The notes: a model not told the origin generated them from the letters alone. DNA of 64,000 nt from Deltaproteobacteria bacterium (GCA_038150265.1 JAYOTF010000001.1:98092-162091), one strand, 5' to 3'. Positions 37,547 to 49,059 are shown, numbered from the stretch's first letter. Program-made: numbers and translations.

Positions 37547-38570
37547 GCGGCACTCGCCGGATTCTCAACTCAAGCACCGACTCCGGGAGGGCGTTCAACT
37601 GTCCTCCCTCCTCTCCGAGTTCCCTCAAGCCCAACTCATTCCCGAGCTTTACGAAGGCTGGCGGCAAGGAACCCTCAACGTCCTGCGGACCTGGGGGCAC
37701 GCTGAGCCCACCCAGGCTTTCTACCGAGCGGAAGAGTGCCTGCTTCCCAGCGATCACCTGACCTTGCAGGACGCCCCTTCGCCTCCGGAGCGCCTGACCG
37801 TGGTCACCTGGAACGTCAACTCCATTCGGTCTCGCTTTCCGCTGCTGGAAGCCTTCCTCCGCGAGCACGCCCCCGACATCCTGTGTCTGCAGGAAACCAA
37901 AACAACCGATGACCGGTTTCCCTACCGGGAGTTGGAAGCACTGGGGTACCGCAGCGTGCACTACGGCCAAAAGACCTACAACGGGGTCGCCATTTTGACC
38001 AGGCACCCCCTTCAGGAAGAAGCTGCCGGATTTCACAATGGCTGGGATCCTGAAAATGCTCGCCTCATCATGGCCTCCATTGCCGGACTCCGGATCGTCA
38101 ATGTGTACGTCCCGCAAGGAAGTCAGGTTGGATCTGATAAATTCCATTACAAACTTGAGTTTCTGGACCAATTGCGCGAAGAGTTGAAGCGACAATTGCA
38201 CGAACACTCAAACGTAGTGGTGGTGGGAGACCTGAACATTGCCCCGGATGCTCGTGATGTGGTTTCTGCCGAAGACATGAAGGACCAGGTCAGCTTTCAC
38301 CCGCAAGAGCATCAGCGTTTTGAGCGCCTGCTGGCGCTGGGACTCATCGACCTCTTCCGTGCCGTTGAGCCCGGAATCGCCCTTTACAGCTGGTGGGACT
38401 TCCGAACCCGAGGCTTTGAGCGAGGCGAGGGCATGCGCATTGATCACATTCTGGGAAGTCCGTCCGTCTCTACTCGTGTAGAGAGGTGCTGGATTGACCT
38501 GGAAAACCGGGCTCAGCCCAAACCTTCCGACCACGCTCCCGTCCTCTGCACCCTCAAACCAAGTTGTTAA
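37524..38570 (+). CDS. xth: Exodeoxyribonuclease III (AP endonuclease)
   Basis: The catalytic core starts at LTVVTWNVNSIRSRFPLLEAFLREHAPDILCLQETK, matching the E. coli Xth N-terminus MKFVSFNINGLRAR...VIGLQETK. It ends with the conserved SDHAPV. The true start is probably the GTG at 37800 (GGAG 9 nt upstream), so the 92-aa N-terminal extension of the long ORF is doubtful. Confidence 0.8.
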   Translation: MQAKPMPERHSPDSQLKHRLREGVQLSSLLSEFPQAQLIPELYEGWRQGTLNVLRTWGHAEPTQAFYRAEECLLPSDHLTLQDAPSPPERLTVVTWNVNSIRSRFPLLEAFLREHAPDILCLQETKTTDDRFPYRELEALGYRSVHYGQKTYNGVAILTRHPLQEEAAGFHNGWDPENARLIMASIAGLRIVNVYVPQGSQVGSDKFHYKLEFLDQLREELKRQLHEHSNVVVVGDLNIAPDARDVVSAEDMKDQVSFHPQEHQRFERLLALGLIDLFRAVEPGIALYSWWDFRTRGFERGEGMRIDHILGSPSVSTRVERCWIDLENRAQPKPSDHAPVLCTLKPSC

Positions 38571-38882
38571 ATGATGCCTTGGACCAAGAAAGCCCTCGCT
38601 ATTTTTCTGATTAGTTGCTCGCTTTTTGCATGGACTGCATCACCAATCTGGGCCGCTCCCGGAGAAACTCCTGGAGCCATGGCCATGGTGGTCGATGTGC
38701 CCCTCCGGATGCTGAGCCTGGGCATTTCCGTTGTCACTTCAGCGGTATTTGTGGTCGCTCTACCGTTTGCTCTCACTTCCGGAAGTACTGGAAGCGCTTG
38801 GGACACCCTGGTGGTCGAGCCCTTCGAGTTCACTTTCACTCGTCCTCTGGGTCAGTTTGACGACTGGCGCACGAGGAACTGA
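38571..38882 (+). CDS. Hypothetical small secreted/membrane protein
   Basis: Signal peptide MMPWTKKALAIFLISCSLFAWTASPIWA and a second hydrophobic segment. Start abuts the xth stop (TAAATG). Confidence 0.45.
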   Translation: MMPWTKKALAIFLISCSLFAWTASPIWAAPGETPGAMAMVVDVPLRMLSLGISVVTSAVFVVALPFALTSGSTGSAWDTLVVEPFEFTFTRPLGQFDDWRTRN

Positions 38883-38904
38883 CTTTACTTCAAAAAGGTA
38901 AGCC

Positions 38905-39426
38905 ATGCGTACACTCGCAAAAGCCCTCACCGTTGTTTTTGGAAGCCTGCTGATCGCTTCCACGGCCTCCGCCGAGTTGTTCTCCGTTAGTGTTGGCATA
39001 CCCGTCAGCCACACGTTCAGCGATGATGCCGTTGAATCCGACGGCACCAGCGGTGTCTTCGCCGCAGTCAAGCTCCCGATCCTGGTGGGCCTGGGTGTGG
39101 AGAACTACAGCACCGACATCAAGGGCCAGGACACGAAGCTCAACACCACGATGTATGACGTCTTCTACCTGCTCCCGATTCCGATCATCAACTTCACCCT
39201 CGGCGTGGGCATGGGCACCACGGAGCTCGACTGTGCAACCTGTTCAGCCCAGTATGATACCGGAACCGCAACCCAGTGGTACGGAAGCCTCGGCTTTCCT
39301 TTCCTCGGAATTGCAGACCTGCACGTGAGTTACCGCTCCGTCAGCTCCAAGATCGAAGACAGCAGCGGCAACAAGACCGACGTCAGCGGCAACGTTACTG
39401 GCATTGGCGTCAGCGTCGGATTTTAA
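38905..39426 (+). CDS. Small outer-membrane beta-barrel protein (OmpW/OmpA-like class), paralog 1
   Basis: Signal peptide MRTLAKALTVVFGSLLIASTASA, alternating hydrophobic beta-strand pattern, C-terminal ...GIGVSVGF ending in Phe. Confidence 0.6.
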   Translation: MRTLAKALTVVFGSLLIASTASAELFSVSVGIPVSHTFSDDAVESDGTSGVFAAVKLPILVGLGVENYSTDIKGQDTKLNTTMYDVFYLLPIPIINFTLGVGMGTTELDCATCSAQYDTGTATQWYGSLGFPFLGIADLHVSYRSVSSKIEDSSGNKTDVSGNVTGIGVSVGF

Positions 39427-39432
39427 TCAGGT

Positions 39433-40053
39433 TTGGTCATGAAACAGCTCAAGAAACTGGTACTGATCAGCATGGGCTTGCTGATTGGTGCGGGAGTCAC
39501 GCAGGCTCAGTTCATTGGCATCAGCGTTGATGGAGCCATCGGCTACACGGCCACGGAGAGCACGGTTTCCGGAGGCAGTGTTGACCTTTCTCATCCGGTC
39601 CCCTTCGTCCCAAACTTCGGTTACAGTGCCTTGAGCTTCATTGACGAAGCCGATCTGCTTCCCAGCACCGGATCCGAATCGTTGAACACGAAGACGACCC
39701 TGGCGCTGCAGAGCTACCACCTCTTCTACCATGTTCCCTTTCCGGTCGTCTCCATGGCCCTCGGCTTTGGGTTGGGCAGCGCTACCGTCAAAAGTGAACT
39801 GGCCATGACCAACAGTGGCAGCACGATCAGCAGTGAGGCGACCCAGGTGGTTCCAATCAGTGAAGCCTTCATTCACATCGGCTTGCCCGTCTGGAGCATT
39901 CTGGAGTTTCACATCGGCTACCACGCTTATTCGCTCTCCAAAGTCGATTTGACGAAAAATGCGGACTTCAATCCAGCGGACTACAACTTTAGCGTTGAAG
40001 AGAAGAACTACACGGGGGGCATGACCACCGTGGGGTTGCAAATCGCGTTTTGA
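39433..40053 (+). CDS. Small outer-membrane beta-barrel protein, paralog 2
   Basis: Signal peptide MKQLKKLVLISMGLLIGAGVTQA, C-terminus ...TVGLQIAF. Shares the beta-barrel pattern and the short LGxG motifs (LGVG / LGFGLG) of the upstream paralog. Confidence 0.6.
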   Translation: MVMKQLKKLVLISMGLLIGAGVTQAQFIGISVDGAIGYTATESTVSGGSVDLSHPVPFVPNFGYSALSFIDEADLLPSTGSESLNTKTTLALQSYHLFYHVPFPVVSMALGFGLGSATVKSELAMTNSGSTISSEATQVVPISEAFIHIGLPVWSILEFHIGYHAYSLSKVDLTKNADFNPADYNFSVEEKNYTGGMTTVGLQIAF

Positions 40054-40704
40054 GTGTTCCCCTCCCCCTTTCCGGCAACGGTTGGATTTCACACCCAGCC
40101 GTGCCACGCCCCCAGCGACTGCTTTCCTGAAGAAATCGAATCGGTCTCACACTTCCGATCCGCAAGCCGGCGTCAGGAGTTCTTCGCAGGACGTACCTGT
40201 GCGCATCGAGCATTGGAGCAACTGGGCCTCACGCCCGTCCCTCTTCTTCATGATCCCGAAACCCGCATCCCGGCCTGGCCTCCGGAGACCAGAGGCAGCC
40301 TCACCCACTCCGGAGGCGTAGCGGCAGCAGCGGTGGCCTGGTCCCGAGACGCCTTTGGAATCGGAATCGACCTCGAGCACCTTCCCCGAAAGATCAACCC
40401 TGGCATCACCCGACACGTGTGTACGCCTCGGGAACTCGCAACGTGGCAAGGGCTTCCCGCCAGCGAGCAGGATGCTTTTCTCAAGCGTTTGTTCTCGGCA
40501 AAGGAAACCATCTACAAGAGCCTCTTTCCCCAGCTGCGGGTGCCCATTGGCTTTCAAGACGCCGACCTTGAGTTTGCCCCGAGCACCTTTTGCTTCACGC
40601 TCACCCGCTCCCTTGACCCCGGATTCCCTGCAGGATTCACGGCCACTGGTCACTGGCAGCAAACTCCGGAATTCGTCCTCACGTCGCTTCTGATTCCCCA
40701 GTAA
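40054..40704 (+). CDS. 4'-phosphopantetheinyl transferase (Sfp/EntD-type)
   Basis: RRQEFFAGRTCAHRALEQLGL, GIGIDLEHL and FSAKETIYKSLFP are the three PPTase motifs. GTG start directly after the upstream stop. Confidence 0.75.
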   Translation: MFPSPFPATVGFHTQPCHAPSDCFPEEIESVSHFRSASRRQEFFAGRTCAHRALEQLGLTPVPLLHDPETRIPAWPPETRGSLTHSGGVAAAAVAWSRDAFGIGIDLEHLPRKINPGITRHVCTPRELATWQGLPASEQDAFLKRLFSAKETIYKSLFPQLRVPIGFQDADLEFAPSTFCFTLTRSLDPGFPAGFTATGHWQQTPEFVLTSLLIPQ

Positions 40705-40950
40705 CTTCAGCTAATTAGCCTGGTTTTGAACAGGGTTTGAACCAACCTTCAACAGCTATCAACAATTTATCGACACCCTTTGGGAGAGTATTGGGTTTTT
40801 CCCGATGATTTGGTATCTTGATGGGTCTCAATTGTTGATATCAACATCCCTTCAAAAATCAGGATTCCCCAAAAATCGTTTGAGTTCAGATTGTTGAAGA
40901 GTTTTCGACAGAATCGACAGCCTCTACTGACACTAACCTAACAAGGACTA
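40705..40950. promoter_or_regulatory. Candidate chromosomal replication origin (oriC): AT-rich intergenic region with clustered DnaA-box-like motifs
   Basis: About 40% GC against ~60% flanking. It contains TTCAACAGC (40748), TATCAACAA (40757), TTATCGACA (40767), the palindrome TGTTGATATCAACA (40833-40846), TTGTTGAAG (40891, reverse box), TTTTCGACA (40902) and AATCGACAG (40912). It sits immediately upstream of dnaN-recF-gyrB. Confidence 0.5.
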
Positions 40951-42066
40951 ATGGAAATCTTAATCAAACAGGAAGTACTGAAGGGGGCTCTTCAGAACCT
41001 GATCTCGGTGATTGATAAAAGCTCCGCGAAACCGATCCTGTCGAATTTCCTCATGCAAGCGCTTCCGGAACAGGGAATGGTGGAGTTCCAGGCAACGGAT
41101 CATGAGCTGTCCTTGATTGAACGCTTCCCGGCTCAGGTGAAGTCGGGAGGAAGCATGTGTGTCAATGCCCGGAAGATGTACGACATCAGCCGGGAGTTCC
41201 AGGAAGACGAGGTCAAGATTCAGTCGACCGAGCAGCTCTGGATTCACGTCAGTTGCGGCAAGTCCCAGCTTCGTCTGCCTTCAGTAGATGTCGGGCTCTA
41301 TCCCCAGACTTCCATGTAAGACATTTCGGGCAAGGTGACGGTCACGGTGTAAGCCATCAAGCGAGCAATTGACATGACGCTGTTTGCCGCTCAGACCAAC
41401 GAGTCCCGCCGCAACCTGATGGGCGTGAACCTCTCTTCCAAGGAAGGTTCCACCCGCTGGCTGGCAACGGACGGCCATCGGCTCGCTCAGATGCTGCTGC
41501 CAGTGGAGTCGCTGACCATGGGAGACGTTGAGGATGTGATCATTCCCCGGAAGGCCCTGAACGAGGTCCGGCGCTCGGCAGACCTTTTTGGGGAGCAGGT
41601 CCAGGTTTCGTTTGATGAGCGCGTGATGCAGTTTTCAGGGGAGTCGATTGTTTACAAGGCGAGCCTCATTGTAGGGAACTTACCGAAGTGCGACCCGATA
41701 ATTGCGAAAGACAAACCTCTGGTGGCCAACGTGGACCGCGAGCGCCTGATGAACTCCCTCCGCATTGTCTCATCCATCAGCGCTGAGAAGCTCAAGCCCG
41801 TCAAGATCACACTGGGGCCAAACCGGATGCTGCTGGAGAGCGAAAAGACGGACTATGGCGAGGTGAGTGACGAACTGGAGGCCACGTATGAAGGCGAGGA
41901 CTTCCAGATTGGTTTCAACTCCCGCTACCTGCTGGATGTGCTGAGCGTGATGGAAGCCGAGAAGGTCCAGATGGAGTTCAAGAATCCAATGAGCCCCACG
42001 GTGCTGCGGGAGTCCGGAAAGAACGAGTTTCTCTCCGTGATCATGCCGTTGCGAATTGAATGGTAA
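40951..42066 (+). pseudogene. dnaN: DNA polymerase III beta sliding clamp (dnaN) interrupted by two in-frame TAA codons at 41317-41319 and 41350-41352
   Basis: Both ORF-track pieces (40951-41319 and 41374-42066) are in the same frame and align colinearly with the beta clamp (LPSVDVGLYPQ...ATDGHRLAQ). Each TAA sits where E. coli has Gln (DDWQSEV and LPQATMKRLIE). Whether this is a true pseudogene, a sequencing error or recoding is unresolved. Confidence 0.85.
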
Positions 42067-43124
42067 TTCGGGAACTGGAACTTTCCTGCTTCCGGAACTA
42101 CCAGCAGCAGCAGATTCAGTTCAGTCCAGGGGTAAACTGGATCTCTGGGCGACACGGTCAGGGCAAGACCAACTTGGTGGAGGCCGTCCATTACCTCTGC
42201 AACCTGGAGTCCTTCCGGACCCGGAAGCTCACCCAGCTCATTCTGAGTAACAGCTCACTGGCTGCCCTGTCGGCTCAGATTGAGAGCCGGGAGGTGCTGC
42301 GTCACTGCCGCATTGCCATCACGTCCAAGGGGCGTCAGGTGTTTTTGGATCGGCAACCCCTCCAGCGGGTTTCCGAGTACGTGCTGGCCTTCATGGCGCT
42401 GATCTTCACTCCGGAAGACGTCAACCTGTTCCGGAGCCTGCCTGGAGAACGCCGGAGGTTCTTCAACCGCATCCTTTCGTTTCTCGATCCTGTTCACCTG
42501 GAGGCCCTGCAGCAGTACGCTCAGGCCCTGGCGCAGAAGAATGCCCTGCTCAAGCAGCATCAGCCAGCCGACCTTTCGATCTGGAATGAGCTGCTCGCGC
42601 GCTATGGAACGGTGCTGACGCACAAGCGCCGCGCCTTTGTGGAGGTGCTGAATCCGTTGCTGAGTGATGCCTTCCGGAGCATGTCGAACCGACCCGAAAC
42701 CCTGCTGCTGGAGTACCTGCCCAGCTTTTCTGAAGACGAAAATCAGGCCCAAAAGCAACTTGAAGAAGGACTCCCGCGAGAGCGGCACTATGGACACGCG
42801 TTGCTGGGACCCCACCGGGATGATTTTCGATTAAGCCTTGATGGAAAACCGGATCGCGAATTCTTTTCCCAGGGGGAGTTTCGCCTCACAAATTTGTCTT
42901 TGAAGATTGCCATAAATGCGGTATTATCAGAAAGATATGGTTATCAGCCAGCCTTGATTCTGGACGATCTCTTTTCTGAGTTGGATCCTTTGATCTGTCA
43001 AGGGGTGCTCGCTCATTTGGGACAGTTGAACAATCAGGTCTTCATCACTTCCACGAGTCATCCTTCATCACAGTCCTTCCCGATTCAGACCTTTCGTATC
43101 GAGCACGGCTTTTTGCAATCCTGA
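42060..43124 (+). CDS. recF: DNA replication and repair protein RecF
   Basis: MVIRELELSCFRNYQQQQIQFSPGVNWISGRHGQGKTNLVEAV (Walker A), plus the C-terminal signature and D-loop (LILDDLFSELD). Confidence 0.9.
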   Translation: MVIRELELSCFRNYQQQQIQFSPGVNWISGRHGQGKTNLVEAVHYLCNLESFRTRKLTQLILSNSSLAALSAQIESREVLRHCRIAITSKGRQVFLDRQPLQRVSEYVLAFMALIFTPEDVNLFRSLPGERRRFFNRILSFLDPVHLEALQQYAQALAQKNALLKQHQPADLSIWNELLARYGTVLTHKRRAFVEVLNPLLSDAFRSMSNRPETLLLEYLPSFSEDENQAQKQLEEGLPRERHYGHALLGPHRDDFRLSLDGKPDREFFSQGEFRLTNLSLKIAINAVLSERYGYQPALILDDLFSELDPLICQGVLAHLGQLNNQVFITSTSHPSSQSFPIQTFRIEHGFLQS

Positions 43125-43155
43125 GGAGTCAGGAAAGCCGCTTCGGCAACCCTAG

Positions 43156-45587
<2,432 letters not shown>

Positions 45588-45588
<1 letters not shown>

Positions 45589-46940
45589 TGTCAAAAAGCT
45601 ATGCCGTGGTCGCCATTGTTGGGCGACCCAACGTGGGAAAATCCTCCCTGTTCAATCGCTTGGTCGGACGTCGCACAGCCATCGTGGAGGATACTCCAGG
45701 GGTGACGCGGGACCGCAACTACGGAATGGCCAAGTATGGGCCTCATCGATTTCTGGTGATCGACACCGGAGGATTCGAGCCCCTTTCTGAAGACAACGTC
45801 ATGCGGCAGATGCGCGAGCAGGCGTTGCTGGCGGTTGAAGAGGCCGACGCCATCATTCAGTTGGTAGACGCTCGCGAAGGCATGACCCCAGCGGATGAAG
45901 AAGTCTATCGGGCGCTGAGTCAGTCGGAAAAGCCCCTGGTGGTTGCGGCCAACAAGGTGGACAACTCGCGTCTGGAAGACGAAAGTACCGAGTTTTATTC
46001 ACTGGGGCTTGAGCGGTTGTTTTCCATTTCGGTCCTTCACAACACCGGAATTCTGGAGCTGCTCGACGAGGTTCACTTCTGGGTGCCGCTGAAGGGGCGC
46101 AAGGAACAGGTTGAGGAGGGAACGGTCCGGGTCGCGGTCATTGGAAAGCCCAATGCCGGAAAGTCGTCGCTGGTCAATGCGATGCTCCGGGAAGAGCGCA
46201 TGGTCGTCGATGCGATTGCTGGAACCACCCGAGATGCTGTCGACTCGTTTTGCCGCTACCACGGCCGGGAGTTCAAGCTGGTGGACACCGCCGGGATTCG
46301 TCGAAAGGGACGGGTCAGTCAGAAGATTGAAACCTACAGTGTGGTTTCAGCCCTGAAGTCCATGGAGCGTGCCGAAGTTGCAGTGCTGGTGATTGATGCC
46401 ACTGAAGGGGTGACCGATCAGGTCGCTCACATCGCGGGCTATGCACTGGAACGGAAGCGAGCCCTTGTGCTGGTGGTCAACAAGTGGGACCTGATTGAAA
46501 AAGACGGGAAGACCATGAAGCACTTTGAGGAGGAGGTCCGGGACCGCCTCGCGTTTGTGGACTTTGCCCCGATGCTGTTCGTCAGCGCCAAGACGCTCCA
46601 GCGGGTTCCCAAGGTGTTTGAGGCGATCCTCAGCGTGCATGAGCAGTTTTATCGGCGCATCCAGACCTCTGACCTCAACACTGTGCTTGAGATGGTTGTC
46701 GGGAAGCACCCCCCGCCTTCCATGTATGGGCGGCAGACGAAGGTTTACTTTGGAAGTCAGGTCAGTGTGGCGCCGCCTACGTTTGTGCTGATGACCAACC
46801 ATCCGGAGAAGACCAACTACTCCTACGAGCGCTACATGATCAATCAGTTCCGTTACCACTTCGGGTTCGAGGGGACGCCGCTGAGCATCATCTGGCGCAA
46901 GAAACACACAGACCGCCAACGCCCTCCCAAGAAGCAGTAG
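45588..46940 (+). CDS. der: Ribosome biogenesis GTPase Der (EngA), tandem GTPase domains
   Basis: Two G-domains (GRPNVGKSSLFN and GKPNAGKSSLVN) followed by a KH-like C-terminal domain. Confidence 0.9.
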
Positions 46941-46943
46941 GCC

Positions 46944-48107
46944 ATGACGCACTTTCTCTGGAAAGGATCCGATTTCTCTGGAAGGGACCTGGAAGGGGCA
47001 GAAGAAAGTGCATCAGCGTTCACCCTCCGAAACGCCCTTCACGCCCAAGGGGTGTACCGCATTCAGCTGGTCCCCCTTCATGCCTTTTCCTGGAAACAGC
47101 CCCTCTCCGAAGCACAGATTGTGGACTGGCTGGAGCAGCTTCAGCAGTTGCTCCAGGCTCACCTGCGCTTGGCCGAAGCGATCAGTCTGATTGCAGAAAC
47201 GAGTCGGAAGTTGCCGCTGCGGTACCGCTGGCGTCGGGTGCATCAGGCGCTGCACGCGGGGCGGTCCTTCAGCCAGGCTCTTGAGCAATTTGGCGGCATG
47301 CCGGGGTGGGTGACCCAGCTCATCCGGGTGGCTGAGGCAACCGATCGGCTTCCGGAAGTCCTGCGAGGGCTGGTGGAGTTTTATCAGTTCAAGCGAGAGG
47401 TTGCGCAGGAGCGTCAGAAGGTCGCAAGCTACCCACTGCTGGTGCTGACCAGCTTCCTCTTCATCACTCTGGGGATTCTCCTCTTCATCATTCCGATGTT
47501 TCACCGAGTCTATCAGCGTTTTGGCGAAGACTTGTTTTGGGGCACCGCCGTGCTGCAAGCCCTCAGTGAGGGGCTCCGGAATCATCCTGGAGTTGCCTTC
47601 GGAATCCTGGGTGCGCTGGGAGGAGCCGGAATCTGGTACCACCGTCAGGGAGAGGGCTTCTGGAAGCTCCTTCCCGGGGGAGCGACCATTGTCCGAGAGA
47701 GCCAGCTGATGTTTTACAGCACCGCGATGAACCTGCTGCTGCGCTCTCGGCTGAACCTGCAGGAAGCCCTTCCTCTGGCATCTGAGTTGCTGTTGGGGCG
47801 TCAGCAGCACTCTCTGGAGAGGGTCCGGGAAGAACTGCTCTCCGGAATTGCCCCAGCAGATGCCTTCCGTCACGCTTCCTGGGCGTCGGCTTCCTTTCTG
47901 AGGATGGTGGCACTTGCTGATGAGAGCGGAAACCTTGCAGAAGGCTTCCGGCAGCATAGCCTCTCCCTCAAGGACCACCTGAAGGTGCGTCTGAACTGGA
48001 TGAACGCCTTGTTGGGTCCCTTGCTGATGCTGCTGGTTGCGCTTGGGGTGCTGTTTGTGTTGCTTTCGGTGTACCTGCCTCTGTTCCGGGTGGTGGACTA
48101 CTACTAA
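46944..48107 (+). CDS. Type II secretion / type IV pilus platform protein (GspF/PilC family)
   Basis: Two T2SSF-type repeats with the three-TM topology typical of GspF/PilC. No cognate ATPase or pilin gene is adjacent. Confidence 0.7.
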   Translation: MTHFLWKGSDFSGRDLEGAEESASAFTLRNALHAQGVYRIQLVPLHAFSWKQPLSEAQIVDWLEQLQQLLQAHLRLAEAISLIAETSRKLPLRYRWRRVHQALHAGRSFSQALEQFGGMPGWVTQLIRVAEATDRLPEVLRGLVEFYQFKREVAQERQKVASYPLLVLTSFLFITLGILLFIIPMFHRVYQRFGEDLFWGTAVLQALSEGLRNHPGVAFGILGALGGAGIWYHRQGEGFWKLLPGGATIVRESQLMFYSTAMNLLLRSRLNLQEALPLASELLLGRQQHSLERVREELLSGIAPADAFRHASWASASFLRMVALADESGNLAEGFRQHSLSLKDHLKVRLNWMNALLGPLLMLLVALGVLFVLLSVYLPLFRVVDYY

Positions 48108-48159
48108 AGGAGTGAGCGTTCAATAGATATCGAAGTGCTCTGGTTACTGAGTTCCAGTT

Positions 48160-48174
48160 CCCTGGCCGTCAGGG
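48160..48174. terminator. Short GC hairpin (CCCTG-gccgt-CAGGG) between the convergent GspF-family and HMG-CoA lyase genes
   Basis: Read from the sequence. It overlaps the lyase stop codon and has no clear T-run. Confidence 0.2.
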
Positions 48175-49059
48175 AGTGGCTTGGTTGACCTTGCTTTGAG
48201 AAGGCTTTCCAATGGCGTCGCAGATGAAGCGTCCGGTCTCAATGAGTTGAGGGAGGTCCAGATTGGTCGCAATTCCGAGGCCTTCGAGGAGGTAAACGAC
48301 ATCTTCGGTGGCCACGTTTCCGCTAGCTCCTTGAGCATAGGGGCATCCACCGAGTCCGGAAACGGAAGCGTCAATGACCTGAACGCCCATTTCCAGTCCG
48401 GCATAGAGGTTGGCGAGCGCCTGTCCCCGAGTATCGTGAAAGTGCAGAGCGATTTGCTCCAGTGGAATTTCTTGCGCAACGGCTTCGATGAGGCATTGCG
48501 CCTTCCGGGGCGTGCCCAGGCCAATGGTGTCGCCGAGTGAGATTTCGTAACAGCCTTGCCGAGTCAACTCCTGTGCGAGTTCCACCACGGCTTGAGGGGC
48601 AACTTCTCCTTGATACGGACACCCAAGGACACAGGAAATGTACCCCCGGACGGGAAGATCGAGCCCCTTCGCCTGCTCCAGAATCGGGCGGAAGCGCTCC
48701 AGGGATTCCTCAATGGAGCAGTTGAGGTTTTTTTGAGAAAACGCTTCGGACGCCGCTGCAAACACGGCCACCTCCTGAGCGTCTGCTTCCAGCGCGCGCT
48801 GAAATCCCTGCAGGTTGGGGGTCAGGACCGAAAGCCGGACCTCCGGAAGCGGTCCGACTTGCTGAAGCACCTGAGAGGCGTCGCGCATCTGGGGCACCCA
48901 CTTGGGGCTGACGAAGCTGGCGGCTTCAATGGCCGTCAAACCACACTGAGCCAACTTCCGGATGAACTCAACCTTGGTGTCGGTTGGAACCCAGACCGGC
49001 TCATTCTGCAATCCATCTCGGGGCCCCACCTCAACGATTTTGACAAATTCAGGCAACAT
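48169..49059 (-). CDS. Hydroxymethylglutaryl-CoA lyase
   Basis: MLPEFVKIVEVGPRDGLQNEP shows the TIM-barrel HMGL signature. Length 296 aa. Confidence 0.85.
   Translation of the reverse strand: MLPEFVKIVEVGPRDGLQNEPVWVPTDTKVEFIRKLAQCGLTAIEAASFVSPKWVPQMRDASQVLQQVGPLPEVRLSVLTPNLQGFQRALEADAQEVAVFAAASEAFSQKNLNCSIEESLERFRPILEQAKGLDLPVRGYISCVLGCPYQGEVAPQAVVELAQELTRQGCYEISLGDTIGLGTPRKAQCLIEAVAQEIPLEQIALHFHDTRGQALANLYAGLEMGVQVIDASVSGLGGCPYAQGASGNVATEDVVYLLEGLGIATNLDLPQLIETGRFICDAIGKPSQSKVNQATP

Noticed and set aside
40951-42066. Hypothesis that TAA is a sense (Gln) codon genome-wide, which would explain the two in-frame TAAs in dnaN
   Set aside because: Many well-defined genes in the window terminate at TAA with family-typical lengths (ribF, dsbA-like, hldE, OMP paralog 1, xth, dnaN's own end). 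A global reassignment is therefore inconsistent with the rest of the window.
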